This document shows positions 11,701 through 25,218 of a DNA stretch of 64,000 bases, one piece after another; positions within the stretch are counted from its first letter, which is position 1; the number at the start of each line of letters is the position of its first letter. The stretch comes from Balanoglossus misakiensis (lineage: Eukaryota > Animalia > Hemichordata). The position numbers and the translations under genes were made by a program. The stretch spans positions 10,863,477-10,927,476 of the forward strand of contig CM082593.2 in assembly GCA_040954595.2 (NCBI GenBank), read 5' to 3'. The notes below the pieces were generated by a model, which saw only the letters and a program-made list of their open reading frames with translations, was not told where the DNA came from and ran no database searches.

Positions 11701-14700
11701 GTGCCCATTAATTTTGAGTGTTTGGTGGGGGTCAACCTTTGCGTCAACATTAACCAGAGCACACAGTAACCAGGCCGTAGTGGACAGTGTTCTGCCCATT
11801 AATTTTGAGTGTTTGGTGGGGTCAACCTTTGCGTCAACATTAACCAGAGCACACAGTAACCAGGCCATAGTGGACAGTGTGCTGCCCATTAATTTTGAGT
11901 GTTTGGTGGGGTCAACCTTTGCGTCAACATTAACCAGAGCACACAGTAACCAGGCCGTAGTGGACAGTGTTCTGCCAATTAATTTTGAGTGTTTGGTGGG
12001 GTCAACCTTTGCGTCAACATTAACCAGAGCACACAGTAACCAGGCCGTAGTGGACAGTGTTCTGCCCATTAATTTTGAGTGTTTGGTGGGGTCAACCTTT
12101 GCGTCAACATTAACCAGAGCACACAGTAACCAGGCCATAGTGGACAGTGTTCTGCCCATTAATTTTGAGTGTTTGGTGGGGTCAACCTTTGCGTCAACAT
12201 TAACCAGAGCACACAGTAACCAGGCCGTAGTGGACAGTGTTCTGCCAATTAATTTTGAGTGTTTGGTGGGGTCAACCTTTGCGTCAACATTAACCAGAGC
12301 ACACAGTAACCAGGCCGTAGTGGACAGTGTTCTGCCCATTAATTTTGAGTGTTTGGTGGGGTCAACCTTTGCGTCAACATTAACCAGAGCACACAGTAAC
12401 CAGGCCATAGTGGACAGTGTTCTGCCCATTAATTTTGAGTGTTTGGTGGGGTCAACCTTTGCGTCAACATTAACCAGAGCACACAGTAACCAGGCCGTAG
12501 TGGACAGTGTTCTGCCCATTAATTTTGAGTGTTTGGTGGGGTCAACCTTTGCGTCAACATTAACCAGAGCACACAGTAACCAGGCCATAGTGGACAGTGT
12601 GCTGCCCATTAATTTTGAGTGTTTGGTGGGGTCAACCTTTGCGTCAACATTAACCAGAGCACACAGTAACCAGGCCGTAGTGGACAGTGTTCTGGCCATT
12701 AATTTTGAGTGTTTGGTGGGGTCAACCTTTGCGTCAACATTAACCAGAGCACACAGTAACCAGGCCGTAGTGGACAGTGTTCTGGCCATTAATTTTGAGT
12801 GTTTGGTGGGGTCAACCTTTGCGTCAACATTAACCAGAGCACACAGTAACCAGGCCGTAGTGGACAGTGTTCTGCCCATTAATTTTGAGTGTTTGGTGGG
12901 GTCAACCTTTGCGTCAACATTAACCAGAGCACACAGTAACCAGGCCGTAGTGGACAGTGTTCTGCCCATTAATTTTGAGTGTTTGGTGGGGTCAACCTTT
13001 GCGTCAACATTAACCAGAGCACACAGTAACCAGGCCGTAGTGGACAGTGTTCTGCCCATTAATTTTGAGTGTTTGGTGGGGTCAACCTTTGCGTCAACAT
13101 TAACCAGAGCATACAGTAACCAGGCCGTAGTGGACAGTGTTCTGCCCATTAATTTTGAGGGTTTGGTGGGGTCAACCTTTGCGTCAACATTAACTAGGCC
13201 AGAGTGGCCAGTATCGTGCCCATTAATTTTGAGTGTTTGGTGGGGTCAACCTTTGCGTCAACATTAACTAGGCCAGAGTGGCCAGTATCGTGCCCATTAA
13301 TTTTGAGTGTTTGGTGGGGTCAACCTTTGCGTCAACATTAACTAGGCCAGAGTGGCCAGTATCGTGCCCATTAATTTTGAGTGTTTGGTGGGGTCAACCT
13401 TTGCGTCAACATTAACTAGGCCAGAGTGGCCAGTATCGTGCCCATTAATTTTGAGTGTTTGGTGGGGTCAACCTTTGCGTCAACATTAACTAGGCCAGAG
13501 TGGCCAGTATCGTGCCCATTAATTTTGAGTGTTTGGTGGGGGTCAACCTTTGCGTCAACATTAACCAGAGCACACAGTAACCAGGCCGTAGTGGACAGTG
13601 TTCTGCCCATTAATTTTGAGTGTTTGGTGGGGTCAACCTTTGCGTCAACATTAACCAGAGCACACAGTAACCAGGCCATAGTGGACAGTGTGCTGCCCAT
13701 TAATTTTGAGTGTTTGGTGGGGTCAACCTTTGCGTCAACATTAACCAGAGCACACAGTAACCAGGCCGTAGTGGACAGTGTTCTGCCAATTAATTTTGAG
13801 TGTTTGGTGGGGTCAACCTTTGCGTCAACATTAACCAGAGCACACAGTAACCAGGCCGTAGTGGACAGTGTTCTGCCCATTAATTTTGAGTGTTTGGTGG
13901 GGTCAACCTTTGCGTCAACATTAACCAGAGCACACAGTAACCAGGCCATAGTGGACAGTGTTCTGCCCATTAATTTTGAGTGTTTGGTGGGGTCAACCTT
14001 TGCGTCAACATTAACCAGAGCACACAGTAACCAGGCCGTAGTGGACAGTGTTCTGCCCATTAATTTTGAGTGTTTGGTGGGGTCAACCTTTGCGTCAACA
14101 TTAACCAGAGCACACAGTAACCAGGCCATAGTGGACAGTGTGCTGCCCATTAATTTTGAGTGTTTGGTGGGGTCAACCTTTGCGTCAACATTAACCAGAG
14201 CACACAGTAACCAGGCCATAGTGGACAGTGTGCTGCCCATTAATTTTGAGTGTTTGGTGGGGTCAACCTTTGCGTCAACATTAACCAGAGCACACAGTCA
14301 CCAGGCCGTAGTGGACAGTGTTCTGGCCATTAATTTTGAGTGTTTGGTGGGGTCAACCTTTGCGTCAACATTAACCAGAGCACACAGTAACCAGGCCGTA
14401 GTGGACAGTGTTCTGGCCATTAATTTTGAGTGTTTGGTGGGGTCAACCTTTGCGTCAACATTAACCAGAGCACACAGTAACCAGGCCGTAGTGGACAGTG
14501 TTCTGCCCATTAATTTTGAGTGTTTGGTGGGGTCAACCTTTGCGTCAACATTAACCAGAGCACACAGTAACCAGGCCGTAGTGGACAGTGTTCTGCCCAT
14601 TAATTTTGAGTGTTTGGTGGGGTCAACCTTTGCGTCAACATTAACCAGAGCACACAGTAACCAGGCCGTAGTGGACAGTGTTCTGCCCATTAATTTTGAG

Positions 14701-17700
14701 TGTTTGGTGGGGTCAACCTTTGCGTCAACATTAACCAGAGCACACAGTAACCAGGCCGTAGTGGACAGTGTTCTGCCCATTAATTTTGAGTGTTTGGTGG
14801 GGTCAACCTTTGCGTCAACATTAACCAGAGCACACAGTAACCAGGCCATAGTGGACAGTGTGCTGCCCATTAATTTTGAGTGTTTGGTGGGGTCAACCTT
14901 TGCGTCAACATTAACCAGAGCACACAGTAACCAGGCCGTAGTGGACAGTGTTCTGGCCATTAATTTTGAGTGTTTGGTGGGGTCAACCTTTGCGTCAACA
15001 TTAACCAGAGCACACAGTAACCAGGCCGTAGTGGACAGTGTTCTGGCCATTAATTTTGAGTGTTTGGTGGGGTCAACCTTTGCGTCAACATTAACCAGAG
15101 CACACAGTAACCAGGCCGTAGTGGACAGTGTTCTGCCCATTAATTTTGAGTGTTTGGTGGGGTCAACCTTTGCGTCAACATTAACCAGAGCACACAGTAA
15201 CCAGGCCGTAGTGGACAGTGTTCTGCCCATTAATTTTGAGTGTTTGGTGGGGTCAACCTTTGCGTCAACATTAACCAGAGCACACAGTAACCAGGCCGTA
15301 GTGGACAGTGTTCTGCCCATTAATTTTGAGTGTTTGGTGGGGTCATTCTTTGCGTCAACATTAACCAGAGCACACAGTAACCAGGCCGTAGTGGACAGTG
15401 TTCTGCCCATTAATTTTGAGTGTTTGGTGGGGTCAACCTTTGCGTCAACATTAACCAGAGCACACAGTAACCAGGCCGTAGTGGACAGTGTTCTGCCCAT
15501 TAATTTTGAGTGTTTGGTGGGGTCAACCTTTGCGTCAACATTAACCAGAGCACACAGTAACCAGGCCATAGTGGACAGTGTTCTGCCCATTAATTTTGAG
15601 TGTTTGGTGGGGTCAACCTTTGCGTCAACATTAACCAGAGCACACAGTAACCAGGCCGTAGTGGACAGTGTTCTGCCCATTAATTTTGAGTGTTTGGTGG
15701 GGTCAACCTTTGCGTCAACATTAACCAGAGCACACAGTAACCAGGCCATAGTGGACAGTGTGCTGCCCATTAATTTTGAGTGTTTGGTGGGGTCAACCTT
15801 TGCGTCAACATTAACCAGAGCACACAGTAACCAGGCCGTAGTGGACAGTGTTCTGCCCATTAATTTTGAGTGTTTGGTGGGGTCAACCTTTGCGTCAACA
15901 TTAACCAGAGCACACAGTAACCAGGCCATAGTGGACAGTGTTCTGCCCATTAATTTTGAGTGTTTGGTGGGGTCAACCTTTGCGTCAACATTAACCAGAG
16001 CACACAGTAACCAGGCCGTAGTGGACAGTGTTCTGCCCATTAATTTTGAGTGTTTGGTGGGGTCAACCTTTGCGTCAACATTAACTAGGCCAGAGTGGCC
16101 AGTATCGTGCCCATTAATTTTGAGTGTTTGGTGGGGTCAACCTTTGCGTCAACATTAACTAGGCCAGAGTGGCCAGTATCGTGCCCATTAATTTTGAGTG
16201 TTTGGTGGGGTCAACCTTTGCGTCAACATTAACCAGAGCACACAGTAACCAGGCCATAGTGGACAGTGTTCTGCCCATTAATTTTGAGTGTTTGGTGGGG
16301 TCAACCTTTGCGTCAACATTAACCAGAGCACACAGTAACCAGGCCGTAGTGGACAGTGTTCTGCCCATTAATTTTGAGTGTTTGGTGGGGTCAACCTTTG
16401 CGTCAACATTAACCAGAGCACACAGTAACCAGGCCATAGTGGACAGTGTGCTGCCCATTAATTTTGAGTGTTTGGTGGGGTCAACCTTTGCGTCAACATT
16501 AATCAGAGCACACAGTAACCAGGCCGTAGTGGACAGTGTTCTGCCCATTAATTTTGAGTGTTTGGTGGGGTCAACCTTTGCGTCAACATTAACCAGAGCA
16601 CACAGTAACCAGGCCATAGTGGACAGTGTTCTGCCCATTAATTTTGAGTGTTTGGTGGGGTCAACCTTTGCGTCAACATTAACCAGAGCACACAGTAACC
16701 AGGCCGTAGTGGACAGTGTTCTGCCCATTAATTTTGAGTGTTTGGTGGGGTCAACCTTTGCGTCAACATTAACTAGGCCAGAGTGGCCAGTATCGTGCCC
16801 ATTAATTTTGAGTGTTTGGTGGGGTCAACCTTTGCGTCAACATTAACTAGGCCAGAGTGGCCAGTATCGCGCCCATTAATTTTGAGTGTTTGGTGGGGTC
16901 AACCTTTGCGTCAACATTAACTAGGCCAGAGTGGCCAGTATCGTGCCCATTAATTTTGAGTGTTTGGAGGGGTCAACCTTTGCGTCAACATTAACTAGGC
17001 CAGAGTGGCCAGTATCGTGCCCATTAATTTTGAGTGTTTGGTGGGGTCAACCTTTGCGTCAACATTAACCAGAGCACACAGTAACCAGGCCGTAGTGGAC
17101 AGTGTTCTGGCCATTAATTTTGAGTGTTTGGTGGGGTCAACCTTTGCGTCAACATTAACCAGAGCACACAGTAACCAGGCCGTAGTGGACAGTGTTCTGC
17201 CCATTAATTTTGAGTGTTTTGTGGGGTCAACCTTTGCGTCAACATTAACCAGAGCACACAGTAACCAGGCCGTAGTGGACAGTGTTCTGCCCATTAATTT
17301 TGAGTGTTTGGTGGGGTCAACCTTTGCGTCAACATTAACCAGAGCACACAGTAACCAGGCCGTAGTGGACAGTGTTCTGCCCATTAATTTTGAGTGTTTG
17401 GTGGGGTCAACCTTTGCGTCAACATTAACCAGAGCACACAGTAACCAGGCCGTAGTGGACAGTGTTCTGCCCATTAACTTTGAGTGTTTGGTGGGGTCAA
17501 CCTTTGCGTCAACATTAACCAGAGCACACAGTAACCAGGCCGTAGTGGACAGTGTTCTGCCCATTAATTTTGAGTGTTTGGTGGGGTCAACCTTTGCGTC
17601 AACATTTACCAGAGCACACAGTAACCAGGCCGTAGTGGACAGTGTTCTGCCCATTAATTTTGAGTGTTTGGTGGGGTCAACCTTTGCGTCAACATTAACC

Positions 17701-20700
17701 AGAGCACACAGTAACCAGGCCGTAGTGGACAGTGTTCTGCCCATTAATTTTGAGTGTTTGGTGGGGTCAACCTTTGCGTCAACATTAACCAGAGCACACA
17801 GTAACCAGGCCATAGTGGACAGTGTGCTGCCCATTAATTTTGAGTGTTTGGTGGGGTCAACCTTTGCGTCAACATTAACCAGAGCACACAGTAACCAGGC
17901 CATAGTGGACAGTGTTCTGCCCATTAATTTTGAGTGTTTGGTGGGGTCAACCTTTGCGTCAACATTAACTAGGCCAGAGTGGCCAGTATCGTGCCCATTA
18001 ATTTTGAGTGTTTGGTGGGGGTCAACCTTTGCGTCAACATTAACCAGAGCACACAGTAACCAGGCCGTAGTGGACAGTGTTCTGCCCATTAATTTTGAGT
18101 GTTTGGTGGGGTCAACCTTTGCGTCAACATTAACTAGGCCAGAGTGGCCAGTATCGTGCCCATTATTTTTGAGTGTTTGGTGGGGTCAACCTTTGCGTCA
18201 ACATTAACTAGGCCAGAGTGGCCAGTATCGTGCCCATTAATTTTGAGTGTTTGGTGGGGTCAACCTTTGCGTCAACATTAACTAGGCCAGAGTGGCCAGT
18301 ATCGTGCCCATTAATTTTGAGTGTTTGGTGGGGGTCAACCTTTGCGTCAACATTAACCAGAGCACACAGTAACCAGGCCGTAGTGGACAGTGTTCTGCCC
18401 ATTAATTTTGAGTGTTTGGTGGGGTCAACCTTTGCGTCAACATTAACCAGAGCACACAGTAACCAGGCCATAGTGGACAGTGTGCTGCCCATTAATTTTG
18501 AGTGTTTGGTGGGGTCAACCTTTGCGTCAACATTAACCAGAGCACACAGTAACCAGGCCATAGTGGACAGTGTTCTGCCCATTAATTTTGAGTGTTTGGT
18601 GGGGTCAACCTTTGCGTCAACATTAACCAGAGCACACAGTAACCAGGCCGTAGTGGACAGTGTTCTGCCCATTAATTTTGAGTGTTTGGTGGGGTCAACC
18701 TTTGCGTCAACATTAACCAGAGCACACAGTAACCAGGCCGTAGTGGACAGTGTTCTGCCCATTAATTTTGAGTGTTTGGTGGGGTCAACCTTTGCGTCAA
18801 CATTAACCAGAGCACACAGTAACCAGGCCATAGTGGACAGTGTTCTGCCCATTTATTTTGAGTGTTTGGTGGGGTCAACCTTTGCGTCAACATTAACCAG
18901 AGCACACAGTAACCAGGCCGTAGTGGACAGTGTTCTGCCCATTAATTTTGAGTGTTTGGTGGGGTCAACCTTTGCGTCAACATTAACCAGAGCACACAGT
19001 AACCAGGCCATAGTGGACAGTGTGCTGCCCATTAATTTTGAGTGTTTGGTGGGGTCAACCTTTGCGTCAACATTAACCAGAGCACAGAGTAACCAGGCCA
19101 TAGTGGACAGTGTTCTGCCCATTAATTTTGAGTGTTTGGTGGGGTCAACCTTTGCATCAACATTAATCAGAGCACACAGTAACCAGGCCGTAGTGGACAG
19201 TGTTCTGCCCATTAATTTTGAGTGTTTGGTGGGGTCAACCTTTGCATCAACATTAACCAGAGCACACAGTAACCAGGCCATAGTGGACAGTGTTCTGCCC
19301 ATTAATTTTGAGTGTTTGGTGGGGTCAACCTTTGCGTCAACATTAACCAGAGCACACAGTAACCAGGCCGTAGTGGACAGTGTTCTGCCCATTAATTTTG
19401 AGTGTTTGGTGGGGTCAACCTTTGCGTCAACATTAACTAGGCCAGAGTGGCCAGTATCGTGCCCATTAATTTTGAGTGTTTGGTGGGGTCAACCTTTGCG
19501 TCAACATTAACTAGGCCAGAGTGGCCAGTATCGTGCCCATTAATTTTGAGTGTTTGGTGGGGTCAACCTTTGCGTCAACATTAACTAGGCCAGAGTGGCC
19601 AGTATCGTGCCCATTAATTTTGAGTGTTTGGTGGGGTCAACCTTTGCGTCAACATTAACTAGGCCAGAGTGGCCAGTATCGTGCCCATTAATTTTGAGTG
19701 TTTGGTGGGGGTCAACCTTTGCGTCAACATTAACCAGAGCACACAGTAACCAGGCCGTAGTGGACAGTGTTCTGCCCATTAATTTTGAGTGTTTGGTGGG
19801 GTCAACCTTTGCGTCAACATTAACCAGAGCACACAGTAACCAGGCCATAGTGGACAGTGTGCTGCCCATTAATTTTGAGTGTTTGGTGGGGTCAACCTTT
19901 GCGTCAACATTAACCAGAGCACACAGTAACCAGGCCATAGTGGACAGTGTTCTGCCCATTAATTTTGAGTGTTTGGTGGGGTCAACCTTTGCGTCAACAT
20001 TAACCAGAGCACACAGTAACCAGGCCGTAGTGGACAGTGTTCTGCCCATTAATTTTGAGTGTTTGGTGGGGTCAACCTTTGCGTCAACATTAACCAGAGC
20101 ACACAGTAACCAGGCCGTAGTGGACAGTGTTCTGCCCATTAATTTTGAGTGTTTGGTGGGGTCAACCTTTGCGTCAACATTAACCAGAGCACACAGTAAC
20201 CAGGCCATAGTGGACAGTGTTCTGCCCATTAATTTTGAGTGTTTGGTGGGGTCAACCTTTGCGTCAACATAGACCAGAGCACACAGTAACCAGGCCGTAG
20301 TGGACAGTGTTCTGCCCATTAATTTTGAGTGTTTGGTGGGGTCAACCTTTGCGTCAACATTAACCAGAGCACACAGTAACCAGGCCATAGTGGACAGTGT
20401 GCTGCCCATTAATTTTGAGTGTTTGGTGGGGTCAACCTTTGCGTCAACATTAACCAGAGCACACAGTAACCAGGCCATAGTGGACAGTGTTCTGCCCATT
20501 AATTTTGAGTGTTTGGTGGGGTCAACCTTTGCGTCAACATTAACCAGAGCACACAATAACCAGGCCGTAGTGGACAGTGTTCTGCCCATTAATTTTGAGT
20601 GTTTGGTGGTGTCAACCTTTGCGTCAACATTAACCAGAGCACACAGTAACCAGGCCATAGTGGACAGTGTTCTGCCCATTAATTTTGAGTGTTTGGTGGG

Positions 20701-23655
20701 GTCAACCTTTGCGTCAACATTAACCAGAGCACACAGTAACCAGTCCGTAGTGGACAGTGTGCTGCCCATTAATTTTGAGTGTTTGGTGGGGTCAACCTTT
20801 GCGTCAACATTAACTAGGCCAGAGTGGCCAGTATCGTGCCCATTAATTTTGAGTGTTTGGTGGGGGTCAACCTTTGCGTCAACATTAACTAGGCCAGAGT
20901 GGCCAGTATCGTGCCCATTAATTTTGAGTGTTTGGTGGGGGTCAACCTTTGCGTCAACATTAACTAGGCCAGAGTGGCCAGTATCCTGCCCATTAATTTT
21001 GAGTGTTTGGTGGGGTCAACCTTTGCATCAACATTAACCAGAGGACACAGTAACCAGGCCATAGTGGACAGTGTTCTGCCCATTAATTTTGAGTGTTTGG
21101 TGGGGTCAACCTTTGCGTCAACATTAACCAGAGCACACAGTAACCAGGCCATAGTGGACAGTGTGCTGCCCATTAATTTTGAGTGTTTGGTGGGGTCAAC
21201 CTTTGCGTCAACATAGACCAGAGCACACAGTAACCAGGCCGTAGTGGACAGTGTTCTGCCCATTAATTTTGAGTGTTTGGTGGGGTCAACCTTTGCGTCA
21301 ACATTAACCAAAGCACACAGTAACCAGGCCATAGTGGACAGTGTGCTGCCCATTAATTTTGAGTGTTTGGTGGGGTCAACCTTTGCGTCAACATTAACCA
21401 GAGCACACAGTAACCTGGCCATAGTGGACAGTGTTCTGCCCATTAATTTTGAGTGTTTGGTGTGGTCAACCTTTGCGTCAACATTAACCAGAGCACACAG
21501 TAACCAGTCCGTAGTGGACAGTGTGCTGCCCATTAATTTTGAGTGTTTGGTGGGGTCAACCTTTGTGTCAACATTAACTAGGCCAGAGTGGCCAGTATCG
21601 TGCCCATTAATTTTGAGTGTTTGGTGGGGGTCAACCTTTGCGTCAACATTAACTAGGCCAGAGTGGCCAGTATCGTGCCCATTAATTGTGAGTGTTTGGT
21701 GGGGGTCAACCTTTGCGTCAACATTAACTAGGCCAGAGTGGCCAGTATCCTGCCCATTAATTTTGAGTGTTTGGTGGGGTCAACCTTTGCATCAACATTA
21801 ACCAGAGCACACAGTAACCAGGCCATAGTGGACAGTGTGCTGCCCATTAATTTTGAGTGTTCGGTGGGGTCAACCTTTGCGTCAACATTAACCAGAGCAC
21901 ACAGTAACCAGGCCATAGTGGACAGTGTGCTGCCCATTAATTTTGAGTGTTTGGTGGCGTCAACCTTTGCGTCAACATTAACCAGAGCACACAGTAACCA
22001 GGCCGTAGTGGACAGTGTTCTGCCCATTAATTTTGAGTGTTCGGTGGGGTCAACCTTTGCGTCAACATTAACCAGAGCACACAGTAACCAGGCCATAGTG
22101 GACAGAGTGCTGCCCATTAATTTTGAGTGTTCGGTGGGGTCAACCTTTGCGTCAACATTAACCAGAGCACACAGTAATCAGGCCATATAGGACAGTATGC
22201 TGCCCATTAATTTTGAGTGTTTGGTGGGGTCAACCTTTGCGTCAACATTAACCAGAGCACACAGTAACCAGGCCGTAGTGGACAGTGTTCTGCCCATTAA
22301 TTTTGAGTGTTCGGTGGGGTCAACCTTTGCGTCAACATTAACCAGAGCACACAGTAACCAGGCCATAGTGGACAGTGTGCTGCCCATTAATTTTGAGTGT
22401 TTGGTGGCGTCAACCTTTGCGTCAACATTAACCAGAGCACACAATAACCAGGCCGTAGTGGACAGTGTTCTGCCCATTAATTTTGAGTGTTTGGTGGGGT
22501 CAACCTTTGCGTCAACATTAACCAGAGCACACAGTAACCAGGCCATAGTGGACAGTGTTCTGCCCATTAATTTTGAGTGTTTGGTGTGGTCAACCTTTGC
22601 GTCAACATTAACCAGAGCACACAGTAACCAGTCCGTAGTGGACAGTGTGCTGCCCATTAATTTTGAGTGTTTGGTGGGGTCAACCTTTGTGTCAACATTA
22701 ACTAGGCCAGAGTGGCCAGTATCGTGCCCATTAATTTTGAGTGTTTGGTGGGGGTCAACCTTTGCGTCAACATTAACTAGGCCAGAGTGGCCAGGATCGT
22801 GCCCATTAATTGTGAGTGTTTGGTGGGGGTCAACCTTTGCGTCAACATTAACTAGGCCAGAGTGGCCAGTATCCTGCCCATTAATTTTGAGTGTTTGGTG
22901 GGGTCAACCTTTGCATCAACATTAACCAGAGCACACAGTAACCAGGCCGTAGTGGACAGTGTGCTGCCCATTAATTTTGAGTGTTTGGTGGGGTCAACCT
23001 TTGCGTCAACATTAACTAGGCCAGAGTGGCCAGTATCGTGCCCATTAATTTTGAGTGTTTGGTGGGGGTCAACCTTTGCGTCAACATTAACTAGGCCAGA
23101 GTGGCCAGTATCCTGCCCATTAATTTTGAGTGTTTGGTGGGGTCAACCTTTGCATCAACATTAACCAGAGCACACAGTAACCAGGCCATAGTGGACAGTG
23201 TTCTGCCCATTAATTTTGAGTGTTTGGTGGGGTCAACCTTTGCATCAACATTAACCAGAGCACACAGTAACCAGGCCGTAGTGGACAGTGTGCTGCCCAT
23301 TAATTTTGAGTGTTTGGTGGGGTCAACCTTTGCGTCAACATTAACCAGAGCACACAGTAACCAGGCCATAGTGGACAGTATGCTGCCCATTGATTTTGAG
23401 TGTTTGGTGGGGTCAACCTTTGCGTCAACATTAACTAGGCCAGAGTGGCCAGTATCGTGCCCATTAATTTTGAGTGTTTGGTGGGGTCAACCTTTGCGTC
23501 TACATTAACTAGGCCAGAGTGGCCAGTATGCTGCCTATTAATTTTGAGTGTTTGGTGGGGTCAACCTTTGCGTCAACATTAAGCAGGCCAGACAGTAACC
23601 AGGCCAGAGTGGACAGTATCCTGCCTATTAATTTTGAGTGATTTGTGGGTCAATT
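8750..23655. repeat. ~15 kb satellite array of 90-bp (A) and 74/75-bp (B) monomers
   Basis: A = taaccagagcacacagtaaccaggccRtagtggacagtgtKctgcccattaattttgagtgtttggtggggtcaacctttgcgtcaacat, roughly 130 copies. B = taactaggccagagtggccagtatcgtgccc plus the same 3' part, about 42 copies in 13 runs. Counts are by eye. Confidence 0.99.
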
Positions 23656-23837
23656 TGATCAAATACTGCCTACCGCTGGCGCTGCATATTTGAAGAAATG
23701 TGAAAAGATGGCAAGACAGGTTTGGTAAATGTGGGCCCCCTAACTGAAGCAAAAGCACAAACTTAAAACAAAGATATGAATTTGGAAGAGTTTTATTTAA
23801 TACATATGAAAAATAATGAAGACTTATGCTTCAAAGT

Positions 23838-23893
23838 AAGTATCGACGGAGTCGAACCGCCAATGCTGCAATGGCATTATACCCATAATACTT
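23838..23893 (-). ncRNA. 56-nt tRNA-like structure (mascRNA/menRNA-like topology)
   Basis: Minus strand AAGTATT ATGGGTAT AATGC-CATTGCA-GCATT GGCGG-TTCGACT-CCGTC GATACTT. It has a 7-bp acceptor stem, a tiny GG-containing D region, a 5-bp central stem, no variable loop, and a canonical T arm / B box GGTTCGACTCC. Confidence 0.55.
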
Positions 23894-24065
23894 TTTTGCT
23901 TTTTGCATGAATTTCATTATTTTTCATATGCTGTGCAGCTAAAGTGTGGCTAGATGACTAACTGCTGATGTAAAATATCTTGCATACCAATTTGGAACAA
24001 TTACCCCAAGTAGTGGTCAAACAGAAACAATGCTTGCATTCAATTTAAAGCAAGGTGACAAAAGT

Positions 24066-24170
24066 GGTTGAAATGAAACAATAAGCAAAAACAGTGTTTA
24101 TCAAACTGAAATAATGTGGTCGAAATGAAACAATGAGCAAAAACAGTGTTTATCAAACTGAAATAATGTG
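24066..24170. repeat. 52-bp tandem duplication
   Basis: gaaatgaaacaatRagcaaaaacagtgtttatcaaactgaaataatgtg occurs twice. Confidence 0.9.
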
Positions 24171-24597
24171 CCAAAATAGCTCCTGTTGATATTGCACAAA
24201 ATTAACTGTTGCATTCTACCCTTGAGTTAATTTTTATTTCCAGGCAATTATGTGCTTAATACTAAATATTATCTATGGGTACAAACCATCAGTTTCTTAA
24301 GTGCAAATCGCAAGAAGCTCCCCCATACAACTTTAGTGTTTTTTTAAATCAAGCAAGATAATTACATACTGTGTGATAAACTAACTAACTTTACGCGCCT
24401 GGGGACAGTTAAAAACCTCGAGCCAAATATAAAATGAGGAAAAACTGCCCCCTCCCCCGTTGTGAATTTTAAAAGGTTGGGGCTCAAACTAACCAGAATT
24501 GTCTTGCCGACTCCTATTTTTCTGTATACATTTTGATGTATTGTTGTTACGCGAGATTGAGGATTCGTGTTGATGCGGGAATTACGATGACGAAAGC

Positions 24598-24794
24598 AAA
24601 AAATCCATCGGCGAATCAAACGGGCACACGGCGAAATTCCATTACACGACGATCCAACTGCGATGAAGAACGCGAACGCGGGTAACGTTGTAAAAAATCC
24701 ATCGGCGAATCAAACGGGCACACGGCGAAATTCCATTACATGACGAGCGACCTGCAATGAAGAACGCGAACGCGGGTAACGCTGCAAAAAATCC
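24598..24794. repeat. 94-bp CpG-rich tandem repeat (~2.1 copies)
   Basis: aaatcc recurs at 24601, 24695 and 24789. Unit: aaatccatcggcgaatcaaacgggcacacggcgaaattccattaca...gaagaacgcgaacgcgggtaacg. Confidence 0.9.
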
Positions 24795-25218
24795 GCAGAC
24801 AATTATTACACGAATGCATAGCAACAATTATTTTACCCAACCTGACACTAATAAATTACCCAATGATTTTAAATTTCTTATTATTACACCCCAACTAATC
24901 ATTATACCTTTGTAATATTAACACCGTTTATACACATCCCATAATGTTTATACCATCAAGTTAATACCATTTTATTATTATTATACCACCAAAACCATGT
25001 GTTACCCATTTTTTTTATTATTACACCATTGATGTTAACACCTTTATATATTATACCGGTATTTACCCTCTGTACATGTACAGTTTTTATTTACCACGTG
25101 GCATTACTCATGTTTTTATAGTATTTTAATTACTTATCATACCCTTGAAACCATAATATTATACCCTTGCAGACAGTTTTATTATAGTACCCTTGTGCAC
25201 AATGTCTTATTAGTCATC

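Noticed and set aside
8756-23508. Long repetitive ORFs as genes, e.g. ankyrin-like MGRTLSTTA
   Set aside because: The period is 30 aa rather than 33, the TPLH and GADVN consensus is absent, and frames are broken by 74-bp units. A 90-bp unit explains the ORFs.
8750-23655. CRISPR array
   Set aside because: The monomers are contiguous and near-identical, with no unique spacers, no cas genes, and a eukaryotic context.
23838-23893. Canonical tRNA-Gln(TTG) gene
   Set aside because: It is only 56 nt with no proper D arm or variable loop, and the loop lacks U33 and purine 37. I kept it as a tRNA-like structure instead.
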